Source of the DNA: Planctomycetota bacterium
GTDB taxonomy: Bacteria; Planctomycetota; GCA-002687715; DRQF01
Assembly (NCBI GenBank): GCA_036479435.1
Contig: JAZGFI010000293.1
Span: 1 to 43,224, forward strand
DNA length: 43,224 nucleotides
Direction of reading: 5' to 3'
Positions 36,673-43,224 of this stretch are shown piece after piece. The translations under genes and the position numbers were made by a program. Position 1 is the stretch's first letter. Every line of letters begins with the position of its first letter. The notes beneath the pieces are model-generated. The model was given only the letters and a program-made list of their open reading frames with translations. It was not told the origin of the DNA and did not search any database.

Positions 36673-36880
36673 CGGCGGGAGGATGACGGACCACCCGCCG
36701 GGCGGGGATGCCCTCAGCCCCACTAGCCCCGCCCGGCCCCTTTAATCGAATTCGGCTGGCGCCCACTTAAGTGTGGATCGACGGGATCCCGACCAAGGCT
36801 AACAGGGCGGTAATGCCGAATAACCGGCGGGGCTCCATTGCGGAGCCCCGCCAACCAGATCGGATTTACAGGAGAACACG

Positions 36881-37162
36881 ATGCCGAAGTTTAGGAAGAA
36901 GCCCGTTGTGATCGAGGCAATGCTATTTCTTGGCGGAGACCAGGCGCTAATCAACATAGATTACGCAGTGGAGTTTGATGATTGGCTTAAGGAAAATCAG
37001 GGCGAGCGCAAATGTCGCTACGTCGGAGACACGGTTATCATCCCGACCCTTGAGGGCGACCACACGGCGAGCGCTGGCGACTGGATCATCAAGGGCGTCC
37101 AGGGCGAATTATATCCCTGCAAGCCCGACATCTTCGACGCCACCTACGAAAGTGTCACTTAA
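36881..37162 (+). CDS. Conserved phage protein (FRKKPV..IEA / TLEG / YPCKPDIF family), copy 1
   Basis: Recognisable family motif; AGGAG RBS; paralog at 39368-39631. Confidence 0.85.
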   Translation: MPKFRKKPVVIEAMLFLGGDQALINIDYAVEFDDWLKENQGERKCRYVGDTVIIPTLEGDHTASAGDWIIKGVQGELYPCKPDIFDATYESVT

Positions 37163-37179
37163 CCCCGGAAAGACCAACC

Positions 37180-37380
37180 GTGAACGAAGCCAACAGAGAA
37201 ATCATGAAAGAGCGCCAGCGGATTATCCTGCGGTCGGCTGGCGGCAAGATGACAGCCAAAGAGTTTTGCAATGAACATGTAAGGCGAGGTTGGGCTTACG
37301 CGGATTTGACACCGGACCGCATCGGCCTGGAGGACACAGATATAGTCCGGCTAACCAACCCGCTTCAAAACGTACATTAA
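37180..37380 (+). CDS. Hypothetical protein
   Basis: ORF between the paralog and the integrase promoter. Confidence 0.5.
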   Translation: MNEANREIMKERQRIILRSAGGKMTAKEFCNEHVRRGWAYADLTPDRIGLEDTDIVRLTNPLQNVH

Positions 37381-37389
37381 CCCCGTGAT

Positions 37390-37418
37390 TTGACACCGCG
37401 CCGCGCCCGCGACAGAAT
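37390..37418 (+). promoter_or_regulatory. Candidate integrase promoter
   Basis: TTGACA-N17-CAGAAT upstream of the AAGGAG RBS. Confidence 0.55.
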
Positions 37419-37457
37419 AGGCGCACCGCACTCCGATGCTCATAAGGAGATCACACC

Positions 37458-38633
37458 ATGGCCACCGTCAAAATCCGCTACCTGGTGCAAAAACCCGGAA
37501 GGGACGACGTCACGCGCCGCTTCTGGCAGCCTTCACCGAAGCTGCGCGCCGCCGGCTGGCCTCCTGTAAGCCTCCGGGATGCTCACGGTGGCTGGCTCAA
37601 CCTGGCGGACGCCATGGCGGCGGCGGAGGAAATCAACACCCGCGTCGACGCCTGGTATCTCGGCCTGGCGGACGGCGCCCCGATGGAGGTCGCGGCGGCG
37701 CCCGGCGATCGCACGCTCGGCGCTCTCATCGATGTGTATGAGCGCTCGCCCGAATTCAAGGGCCTGGCCCCACGAACGCGCAAGGATTACGCCGGTTACA
37801 ATCGCCGCATCGACGCCTGGGGCGGCGAGCGGCCGGCCATCAGCCTGACGCCCAAGACCTGCAAAAGCCTCTACGCCCTGATTGCCAAAGACGGCACCAC
37901 GAGTGCAGCGCGGCACGTGACCCTGCATCTGCAAACACTTCTGACCTGGGCCCGCGGCGAGGACTGGTTCCCGAACAACTGGCACAACCCGGCGGCCAAG
38001 CTCAAGCTCCCTGCCCACAAGGCGGCGCGCGGCAAGCTCTGGACGCGGGCCATGGTCGACCACGTGGTCGCCAACGCCGACCGCATGGGCTGGCACTCGA
38101 TCGGCACGGCGATCATCGTCAACGAATGGATGGGCCAGAACCCGGTCGACTTGCTCGCGCTCACCCGCGCCCAGTTTGACAGTGGCCGCTTTCAGGTGAC
38201 CCGCACGAAAACCCGGGAACAGACCGGACGGCGCACCCTCAGCCCCAAGGTCGCCGCGCGGATCCGCGAGGAGATCGATCGCCAGGCGGCACGCGGCGCG
38301 GGCGGGATACTGATCTTCATCTCCGAACGTAAGAACGAGCCTTGGGGGCAGAACAACTTCACCCGCTGGTTCCGTCGCGTCATCAATGAGGCCGCCAAGA
38401 CCATGCCCGCATGCAGGGAGCTGCAGTTCCGGTACCTGAGGCACACCATGGTCACCCGCGCGGCCGCCGCCGGCGTGCCGCTGAACGCCATCTGCCAGCT
38501 CTCCGGCCACAATCCCAAGTCGATCGTCAACATCATCGACACCTACACCATCGACGACGACGAAGTCACCGACGCCATCACCGCCCAGATCCTCGAATAC
38601 GAGGACGCCCGGGCCCGGAAGGATAGGTCATGA
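37458..38633 (+). CDS. int: Tyrosine recombinase/integrase with atypical box I
   Basis: Arm-binding N-terminus, LAPRTRKDY, NPA, GQNPVDLL (Arg to Asn), TKT, FRYLRHT, SGH, DTY. Confidence 0.88.
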   Translation: MATVKIRYLVQKPGRDDVTRRFWQPSPKLRAAGWPPVSLRDAHGGWLNLADAMAAAEEINTRVDAWYLGLADGAPMEVAAAPGDRTLGALIDVYERSPEFKGLAPRTRKDYAGYNRRIDAWGGERPAISLTPKTCKSLYALIAKDGTTSAARHVTLHLQTLLTWARGEDWFPNNWHNPAAKLKLPAHKAARGKLWTRAMVDHVVANADRMGWHSIGTAIIVNEWMGQNPVDLLALTRAQFDSGRFQVTRTKTREQTGRRTLSPKVAARIREEIDRQAARGAGGILIFISERKNEPWGQNNFTRWFRRVINEAAKTMPACRELQFRYLRHTMVTRAAAAGVPLNAICQLSGHNPKSIVNIIDTYTIDDDEVTDAITAQILEYEDARARKDRS

Positions 38634-38818
38634 AACGGGATCATCTCGCCAAGGTTTTGATGGTTTTCTTCACGACGGGTACCAACGAAATGAACTGCTA
38701 CAACATCGACCATGATGGCAATGAAGTAGGATTTGAGGGCGAGATAGACTGCGAAGCCCTGGCCGATACCATCATAAAATCAGTCACGACAGAGGCCCGA
38801 AAGGACGGAGGATCATGA
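38630..38818 (+). CDS. Hypothetical protein
   Basis: ATGA-coupled to int. Confidence 0.6.
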   Translation: MKRDHLAKVLMVFFTTGTNEMNCYNIDHDGNEVGFEGEIDCEALADTIIKSVTTEARKDGGS

Positions 38819-38820
38819 CG

Positions 38821-38916
38821 ACGGAATCATAATTCTCAGTCAACAAATAAATTCAATACCTTAGGCGGCAAAAACTGTCCAACTATGGGCGAATTTTCGC
38901 GAGAGTTGGACAGTTT
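38821..38916. other. Putative attP remnant: tRNA-Met anticodon-like core, IHF-like site and inverted arm-type repeats
   Basis: ACGGAATCATAAT; ATTCAATACCTTA; AAACTGTCCAACT...AGTTGGACAGTTT. Confidence 0.5.
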
Positions 38917-38934
38917 AAAAATGCCGAGAGAGCA

Positions 38935-39105
38935 TTAATTGATAGCGAAATACACAAGCCACACAGAAGCAACCTGAAAGGCGGTGAATGGCAGAGTGAA
39001 GGACAAACTGAAGTCATATGGCCCTCTGCCTGGCCATATCTTGAAGGTAACATACGGCAAGAAAATCGTCAGAAAAACAAATACCCAAATCATATTAGGC
39101 GCCAT
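38935..39105 (-). CDS. Small 2-TM membrane protein (left array)
   Basis: GAGGAG RBS; two hydrophobic segments. Confidence 0.65.
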   Translation of the reverse strand: MAPNMIWVFVFLTIFLPYVTFKIWPGRGPYDFSLSFTLPFTAFQVASVWLVYFAIN

Positions 39106-39349
39106 TGTCTTCTCCTCTGAGGTTGGGCCGTGTGATGACCAATTCCCGGCCATCTTCAAGGGTTATGCTTCCGTCCTGTTTACCGTGGCCGCAACAACAA
39201 GCGAGTGTGGGTACACCGCCTGCATTAAGTGCCGCGATAATTTGGTGTATGCACCAGTCGATGCAGACTACCTTATTATTGAGCGGTAGGCATGCTTGGT
39301 TAGCATAAGTCTCTTTCCCTCCGCAACTATCGCACCGTTCACAACTCAT
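39095..39349 (-). CDS. Phage hypothetical protein with IDxCI...ALN..G..T..CCxGHG motif
   Basis: Motif typical of a small phage protein family. Confidence 0.75.
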   Translation of the reverse strand: MSCERCDSCGGKETYANQACLPLNNKVVCIDWCIHQIIAALNAGGVPTLACCCGHGKQDGSITLEDGRELVITRPNLRGEDNGA

Positions 39350-39367
39350 CGTTTAATCTTTCCGGCG

Positions 39368-39631
39368 TTAAGTGACAATTTCGTAGGTGGCTTTGAAGAT
39401 GTCAGGTTTGCAAGGATAATACTCCCCCTGAACTCCTTTGATTATATAGTCGAGAGGTTGCCCGGTCATATCACCCTCAAGCGTATGAATGATAACCGTT
39501 CCGTCGTCCCCGCGCTTCCACTGTCGGTGCATATCATGCAAAAAATGGATCAGATCCGGGTGCATATAAACGTCGGGCGGCGGCAACTGAAACGCCTCGA
39601 CCTCGACAGGCTTCTTTCTAAATTTAGGCAT
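39368..39631 (-). CDS. Conserved phage protein (FRKKPV / TLEG / YPCKPDIF family), copy 2
   Basis: Paralog of 36881-37162. Confidence 0.85.
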   Translation of the reverse strand: MPKFRKKPVEVEAFQLPPPDVYMHPDLIHFLHDMHRQWKRGDDGTVIIHTLEGDMTGQPLDYIIKGVQGEYYPCKPDIFKATYEIVT

Positions 39632-39831
39632 TAGCCAGTCTCCATAACAAAAGGAAGCTTATTAACCGCACCACAAGACGTACAGAGGACTCCAGGATGA
39701 TCAATCATAGGCACCCTGACTTTGAAAGTTGCTTCACAGTTGCCACACGTAATAATCCATTTGGGACCGGACCCCCATAGTTGGGCGATGCTCATGTTAT
39801 ACCCCTGTGCCTCTTTCGGTCTTACGATCAT
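39631..39831 (-). CDS. Zinc-ribbon protein
   Basis: CGNC...CTSC. Confidence 0.7.
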   Translation of the reverse strand: MIVRPKEAQGYNMSIAQLWGSGPKWIITCGNCEATFKVRVPMIDHPGVLCTSCGAVNKLPFVMETG

Positions 39832-39879
39832 CTTTCGGCCCTTTCTAATCGGTGCCCGGATTCGGGCGTTAGCTGCAAC

Positions 39880-40125
39880 TTAGGCAGCGTGGTTGATATT
39901 CTTGCAATCGTATAGGGAAAGGTACCCGAAATTCACTACAATAGCCTGCGCATACCCAAGCCACCTGTGCGCCTTCTCGCCGGTGATATTGCCGAGACCT
40001 ATCTCGGTCAGCATCCATCCCGCATGTTCGATCCCCATACCGGTGTGGCACCGGTCGAAAGGGCCGCCTCCATTGCGGATGTTACTTTTGGTCAAGGTCT
40101 GACGGGCCGCTTCGGCAGTGTTCAT
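39880..40125 (-). CDS. Phage hypothetical protein
   Basis: WML...EKAHRWLGYAQ motif; ATGA coupling. Confidence 0.75.
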   Translation of the reverse strand: MNTAEAARQTLTKSNIRNGGGPFDRCHTGMGIEHAGWMLTEIGLGNITGEKAHRWLGYAQAIVVNFGYLSLYDCKNINHAA

Positions 40126-40328
40126 CCTTCTATCTCCGTGTGAGAGGGGGGTTTGCGAGAACCGTCAGGATTATGAAGAAAGCGCATCGCCCAAAGCCGC
40201 ATATCAGCGGCAACGATTGTCTCGCGCCCTGAGTCTGCAAAATCCTTCGCGATTTCCGACAAGTCTTTGACGCTCAAGTCAAGTAGACATTCGGCGAGAT
40301 TGGTTGTTGTTACTGCTACGTCTGTCAT
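40122..40328 (-). CDS. Hypothetical protein (first gene of the left array)
   Basis: ATG 40328 downstream of the leftward promoter. Confidence 0.6.
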   Translation of the reverse strand: MTDVAVTTTNLAECLLDLSVKDLSEIAKDFADSGRETIVAADMRLWAMRFLHNPDGSRKPPSHTEIEG

Positions 40329-40352
40329 CTTTCGGCCCTTTGTGAAAATGTC

Positions 40353-40403
40353 TTGCGTTTCGTTCTCCCCTTGTATATAAACAGTTCTGTTATTTGTCAA
40401 GGG
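40353..40403. promoter_or_regulatory. Overlapping divergent promoters within a dyad (candidate res-like site)
   Basis: Leftward TTGACA-N17-TATACA (40400-40372); rightward TTGCGT-N17-TATAAA (40353-40381); CCCTTG...CAAGGG inverted ends. Confidence 0.65.
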
Positions 40404-40421
40404 ATTAATACAGGATTTTTT

Positions 40422-41000
40422 ATGATAGACGAGTTAAAAGGATACCATTTGGTCGGCTTGTACCGCGCGGCGAGCGGGCTTCTCAGGCTGTCAAGACAAA
40501 TCGCAGCTCTGGAAGCTGTGGGTATTGAGCACGAGCGGTATACACGGGACACAGAAAACCAGCTGGAAACACTGCTATTGGACTGTCGGCCATCCGGTGA
40601 CAAATGGTTGCCTGTCGCTGTTGTAACCACAGAGCTAGCTGTGCTTGGGCGATACCGTTCGCAGATATTGGCGGCGGTCGGTGCGGCGGGCGGTGTCTTA
40701 TATGACTTGGAACATCAACGGGTTTTCACTCAGGAGGAGGCTGTTGACCGTGACTTGATCGAAGAGGCCCACAAAAGGCAACAGACGGCAGCCGGAAGAG
40801 CTGCGGTCAAGAGACCTGGCCCGGAAAGTAGCTTCACTGAGAAGGATCGCCGCGATCAGCTGGCGGCCTGGGAAAGGCCTGAGGGCTCGAACGCTGAGGT
40901 CGCCGCGCGCTGGGACGTATCACCGCAGTGGATGCACTCGCAGTATGGGGGCAGGAAAGAGGCGCAGCGGAAGGCTGCAGCCAGAGAGGATGTCACATGA
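40422..41000 (+). CDS. Divergent serine recombinase (resolvase/invertase-like) with C-terminal HTH
   Basis: VGLYRAAS..LSRQIAALEAVG, LL..CRPSGD, VVTTELAVLGR, QTAAGRAA..RPGP and HTH SNAEVAARWDVSPQWM align in order with the Hin/Gin/Tn3 resolvase layout; catalytic motifs non-canonical. Confidence 0.7.
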   Translation: MIDELKGYHLVGLYRAASGLLRLSRQIAALEAVGIEHERYTRDTENQLETLLLDCRPSGDKWLPVAVVTTELAVLGRYRSQILAAVGAAGGVLYDLEHQRVFTQEEAVDRDLIEEAHKRQQTAAGRAAVKRPGPESSFTEKDRRDQLAAWERPEGSNAEVAARWDVSPQWMHSQYGGRKEAQRKAAAREDVT

Positions 41001-41515
41001 CGGGTCATAATCCCTGGGTGTCGATGACGCCGGCACAACGCATGAACACCTTATGCAGTTCGGATATTGGCCTGAAAATTCCGGCGTCACCAAGCTTTGT
41101 GACTTCTGCCGCAGCAGCGAATTGTGAGCCACCAGATGAAGGCCTTACAGCAAAAAAAATGATGGCCATGGTGGCTCAGTTCGAGCACCTGCCAAAGACG
41201 GAAGTTCTGGTTGTAGTCGACGATTGGGACATTGATCCGGTGAGTGTTTACGACGGTAATGACAAATTATTGGTCATCGGCCATATCGATTTCCTCAAGC
41301 TGGAAAATGCAGGCTTGTTCGCGCCATCAGGCGGCCGGCAGATTGGCGGCATACCATGGAGAGAAGTATCCCGGCAAGACGCTATACAACGAATGGCGGA
41401 AGCGGTCACAAAGGCATCGGGGCTCCTCAAAAGTCCATATGACGACTGGACACCTGAACGGGTTGAGGCCGAAATTGAACGGCTGGAAAAGAAGTTAGGA
41501 ATTACAAATGAATGA
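40997..41515 (+). CDS. Hypothetical protein (cassette array)
   Basis: ATGA overlap with the recombinase stop; GAGG RBS. Confidence 0.65.
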   Translation: MTGHNPWVSMTPAQRMNTLCSSDIGLKIPASPSFVTSAAAANCEPPDEGLTAKKMMAMVAQFEHLPKTEVLVVVDDWDIDPVSVYDGNDKLLVIGHIDFLKLENAGLFAPSGGRQIGGIPWREVSRQDAIQRMAEAVTKASGLLKSPYDDWTPERVEAEIERLEKKLGITNE

Positions 41516-41708
41516 CCGTCACCAGAGGACCATTGATCCAGATGTTTGTTTGCATTGGATGGACTGTCCGAACTGTGGGGAGGATATTCTACCGAACTGT
41601 CGCGCTGAAAAAATTACGTGCGGCCGCTGTGGCGGGACATTCAACGTTGAACTAGATGAAACCGAGCCGGATGACAGCATACTACGGCTTTGGGAGGCCG
41701 CAGCATGA
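41508..41708 (+). CDS. Zinc-ribbon protein (cassette array)
   Basis: CPNC...CGRC. Confidence 0.7.
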   Translation: MNDRHQRTIDPDVCLHWMDCPNCGEDILPNCRAEKITCGRCGGTFNVELDETEPDDSILRLWEAAA

Positions 41709-41893
41709 ATAGTCACCAGACGACCCAGAAGACGAGCATTCTGTGCCGAATATTTGGGCACCAATGGTTCACCGGCGAGGAGATGTTTAGGCCTATCAGG
41801 GGAGAGCAATGCTTCCGATGCGGTACAACGCAAAATATCAAAGTGCTGCATGACGGCAAATGGAAACACTGGCCGAGAAAGGTCACCACATGA
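41705..41893 (+). CDS. DUF1660-like small Zn-binding protein (cassette array)
   Basis: LCRIFGHQW...CFRCG; GGAGG RBS. Confidence 0.7.
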   Translation: MNSHQTTQKTSILCRIFGHQWFTGEEMFRPIRGEQCFRCGTTQNIKVLHDGKWKHWPRKVTT

Positions 41894-42102
41894 CCGGAAA
41901 ATTTATGACTATCTACGACACATATGCCAGCCTGACCAAGCGCATCTCCGAGCTGAAAGATAAGGTGCGAATTGGCAAGGAAGTTGACGAGCTGATGACT
42001 TTGATGGAGACCCGGGACGGGATTGTGCGCAAGCACGAACTCCACACTGGTTTGGAAATGGCCGATGCCTGCAATGACCTGCTGCGGGGGTTTATCAAAT
42101 GA
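41890..42102 (+). CDS. Hypothetical protein (cassette array)
   Basis: ATGA overlap inside the junction motif. Confidence 0.65.
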   Translation: MTGKFMTIYDTYASLTKRISELKDKVRIGKEVDELMTLMETRDGIVRKHELHTGLEMADACNDLLRGFIK

Positions 42103-42413
42103 CCGTGATCAAAGTTGAGACAGCGAAGGTTTATCGCGCGCCCACGGCTGGCAGGCGATACCTGACAAAGAGGGCGGCCATTCACAACGAGGCAACCGCA
42201 ATGATCCTCAAGGAATGGCCTATAGAAGATGAGGGACCTGATTATAATGAGTGGGGGCGCGAGACATATCCTGGTGATTATTTTGATATAAGACACAATG
42301 AGCCGGAAGCCTTCCAAATAATGCACGATTCGTTGGTGTCGATGATCAAAAACGGCTTCGTTACGGATGACTGGAAGCTCGACGACAATCACGAAGCATG
42401 GAAGGCCACCTAA
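42099..42413 (+). CDS. Phage hypothetical protein (cassette array)
   Basis: VYRAPTAGRRYLTKRAA motif; ATGA overlap. Confidence 0.75.
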   Translation: MTVIKVETAKVYRAPTAGRRYLTKRAAIHNEATAMILKEWPIEDEGPDYNEWGRETYPGDYFDIRHNEPEAFQIMHDSLVSMIKNGFVTDDWKLDDNHEAWKAT

Positions 42414-42649
42414 TGACCAAGACACTGAAGGAAATAGCGTCCAGACTTAAACAAAAGGGGATGCGCTGCAACTGCGATCTGGATAATTGTATGCCACAGA
42501 TCGACACAGGACATTCGCGGGTGTGCCGTATTCACATCAGCGCACGCGCTATTTATAGCGTAAGGAAGAAACCCAAAAAAAGGCCCAATAGAGCCAGCGT
42601 CGCGCTTGCCGCTATCGGTACCCATAGCACCCGACGGATAACCCGATGA
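42413..42649 (+). CDS. Phage hypothetical protein (cassette array)
   Basis: GMRCNCDLDN..P...TGHS.VCRIH motif; TAATG coupling. Confidence 0.7.
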   Translation: MTKTLKEIASRLKQKGMRCNCDLDNCMPQIDTGHSRVCRIHISARAIYSVRKKPKKRPNRASVALAAIGTHSTRRITR

Positions 42650-42873
42650 GTAATGTGATCCCGCTGGGAAATATCACAAAGCTAGATCAGCCTCCGGACC
42701 GCATACTTGAACAAGCCGTCGGCAAATTGGACTCCGTCATAATCATGGGCACCAAGGAAAATGGCGAGGAGTTTTTTGCAAGCTCGATTGCCGATGGCGG
42801 AACCATTCTTTGGATTATGGAACGGTGGAAAAAAGCACTTCTTGAGGTGCCTGAAAAATTACAAGAGGAGTAG
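42646..42873 (+). CDS. Phage hypothetical protein (cassette array)
   Basis: MSNVI...TKLD.PPDRILE.A.GKL..V...G....G...FASS.ADG. Confidence 0.75.
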   Translation: MSNVIPLGNITKLDQPPDRILEQAVGKLDSVIIMGTKENGEEFFASSIADGGTILWIMERWKKALLEVPEKLQEE

Positions 42874-42880
42874 TCACCTA

Positions 42881-43102
42881 ATGGCCGCGGATAGAGCCGT
42901 CAGCGACGACATGGAGCGCGAGGCCAATCTGTTCGCGATGGAGCTGTTGATGCCCTATGACTCCGTCATGCAAGACCTTCGGGAAATGGGTAAAATCGAT
43001 GTAGAGAACGACCCCCGAATCAAGGGTCTCGCGAGGCGCTATAAGGTCACGGAACAACTGATGACAATCCGCCTGGCCCAATTAATGAAGGACACATTAT
43101 GA
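42881..43102 (+). CDS. ImmA/IrrE-like C-terminal fragment (no HExxH)
   Basis: EREANLFAMELLMP...LARRYKVTEQLMTIRL; GAGGAG RBS. Confidence 0.7.
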   Translation: MAADRAVSDDMEREANLFAMELLMPYDSVMQDLREMGKIDVENDPRIKGLARRYKVTEQLMTIRLAQLMKDTL

Positions 43103-43224
43103 CCAGTCACCAGACGACCGATGGAAAACTCAAAAGGGGGCATTCAGTTCTCTATTTAGCCTCGTATTGCGATGACGACGACCCAACATGCACCGACGAT
43201 ATGCCGTGCCTGGAATGTCTGAAA

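Larger units (their letters stand above)
1..43097. mobile_element. Complete circular(ised) podovirus genome, BPP-1/epsilon15-like structural module
   Basis: Terminal 127-nt overlap; full set of packaging, head, tail, lysis, replication and immunity genes; no host housekeeping genes. Confidence 0.95.
40988..43119 (+). repeat. Dispersed 15-bp junction motif (about GGTCA-CCNNA-TGACC), continuing at 8-2116
   Basis: Copies at 40988, 41517, 41711, 41881, 42090, 42404, 42872, 43090, 43105(=8), 199, 525, 868, 1225, 1407, 1532, 1749, 2102. Confidence 0.8.

Noticed and set aside
36740..36825. HDV-like or pistol ribozyme
   Set aside because: The required pseudoknot and conserved core could not be assembled by eye
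37449..37463. Junction-motif-like sequences at the int start (GATCACACCATGGCC), the ardC start (27721) and 40090-40104
   Set aside because: Isolated matches explainable by ATG context or chance; not counted without a PWM score
38872..38916. Protelomerase target (telRL) of a linear plasmid prophage
   Set aside because: The palindrome is interrupted and the adjacent enzyme has integrase architecture; arm-type sites or a terminator fit better
38935..43097. Classical integron or CRISPR array
   Set aside because: No IntI, no attC hairpins with GTTRRRY ends, no cas genes; the repeats are 15 bp, degenerate and separated by whole genes
43098..43224. 127-bp terminal repeat as a biological DTR
   Set aside because: The length matches a common assembler k-mer and it cuts through a gene; it shows circularity only

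Overview
The window is a complete circular phage genome of 43,097 bp; bases 1-127 repeat at 43098-43224, most likely an assembly overlap. It is a GC-rich podovirus with a BPP-1/epsilon15/T7-like virion module, and the host is probably an alphaproteobacterium (inference). The minus strand from 27.6 to 2.2 kb carries terS, terL, portal, scaffold, capsid, tail tubular A/B, ejection proteins, a tail fibre with an S74 chaperone, a GH108 endolysin, further tail proteins and membrane proteins. The 27.7-38.9 kb segment carries ardC, an iteron origin, primase and helicase, a cro/cI switch, a lipoprotein and a tyrosine integrase. The main novel signal lies at 38.9-43.1 kb plus 1-2.15 kb. A divergent serine resolvase/invertase-like gene sits beside overlapping divergent promoters, between two arrays of about 22 small unrelated genes. 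Nearly every gene junction there carries the same degenerate 15-bp site (about GGTCA-CCNNA-TGACC), which suggests an integron-like gene-cassette array run by a serine recombinase. Other notable features are a perfect host-type parS palindrome with no parAB, an integrase with its box-I Arg replaced by Asn beside an apparent half attP, the same arm-type repeats at the terS-terL junction, a degenerate tRNA-like element and a structured capsid-gene leader. All family assignments come from motif recognition, not database searches.
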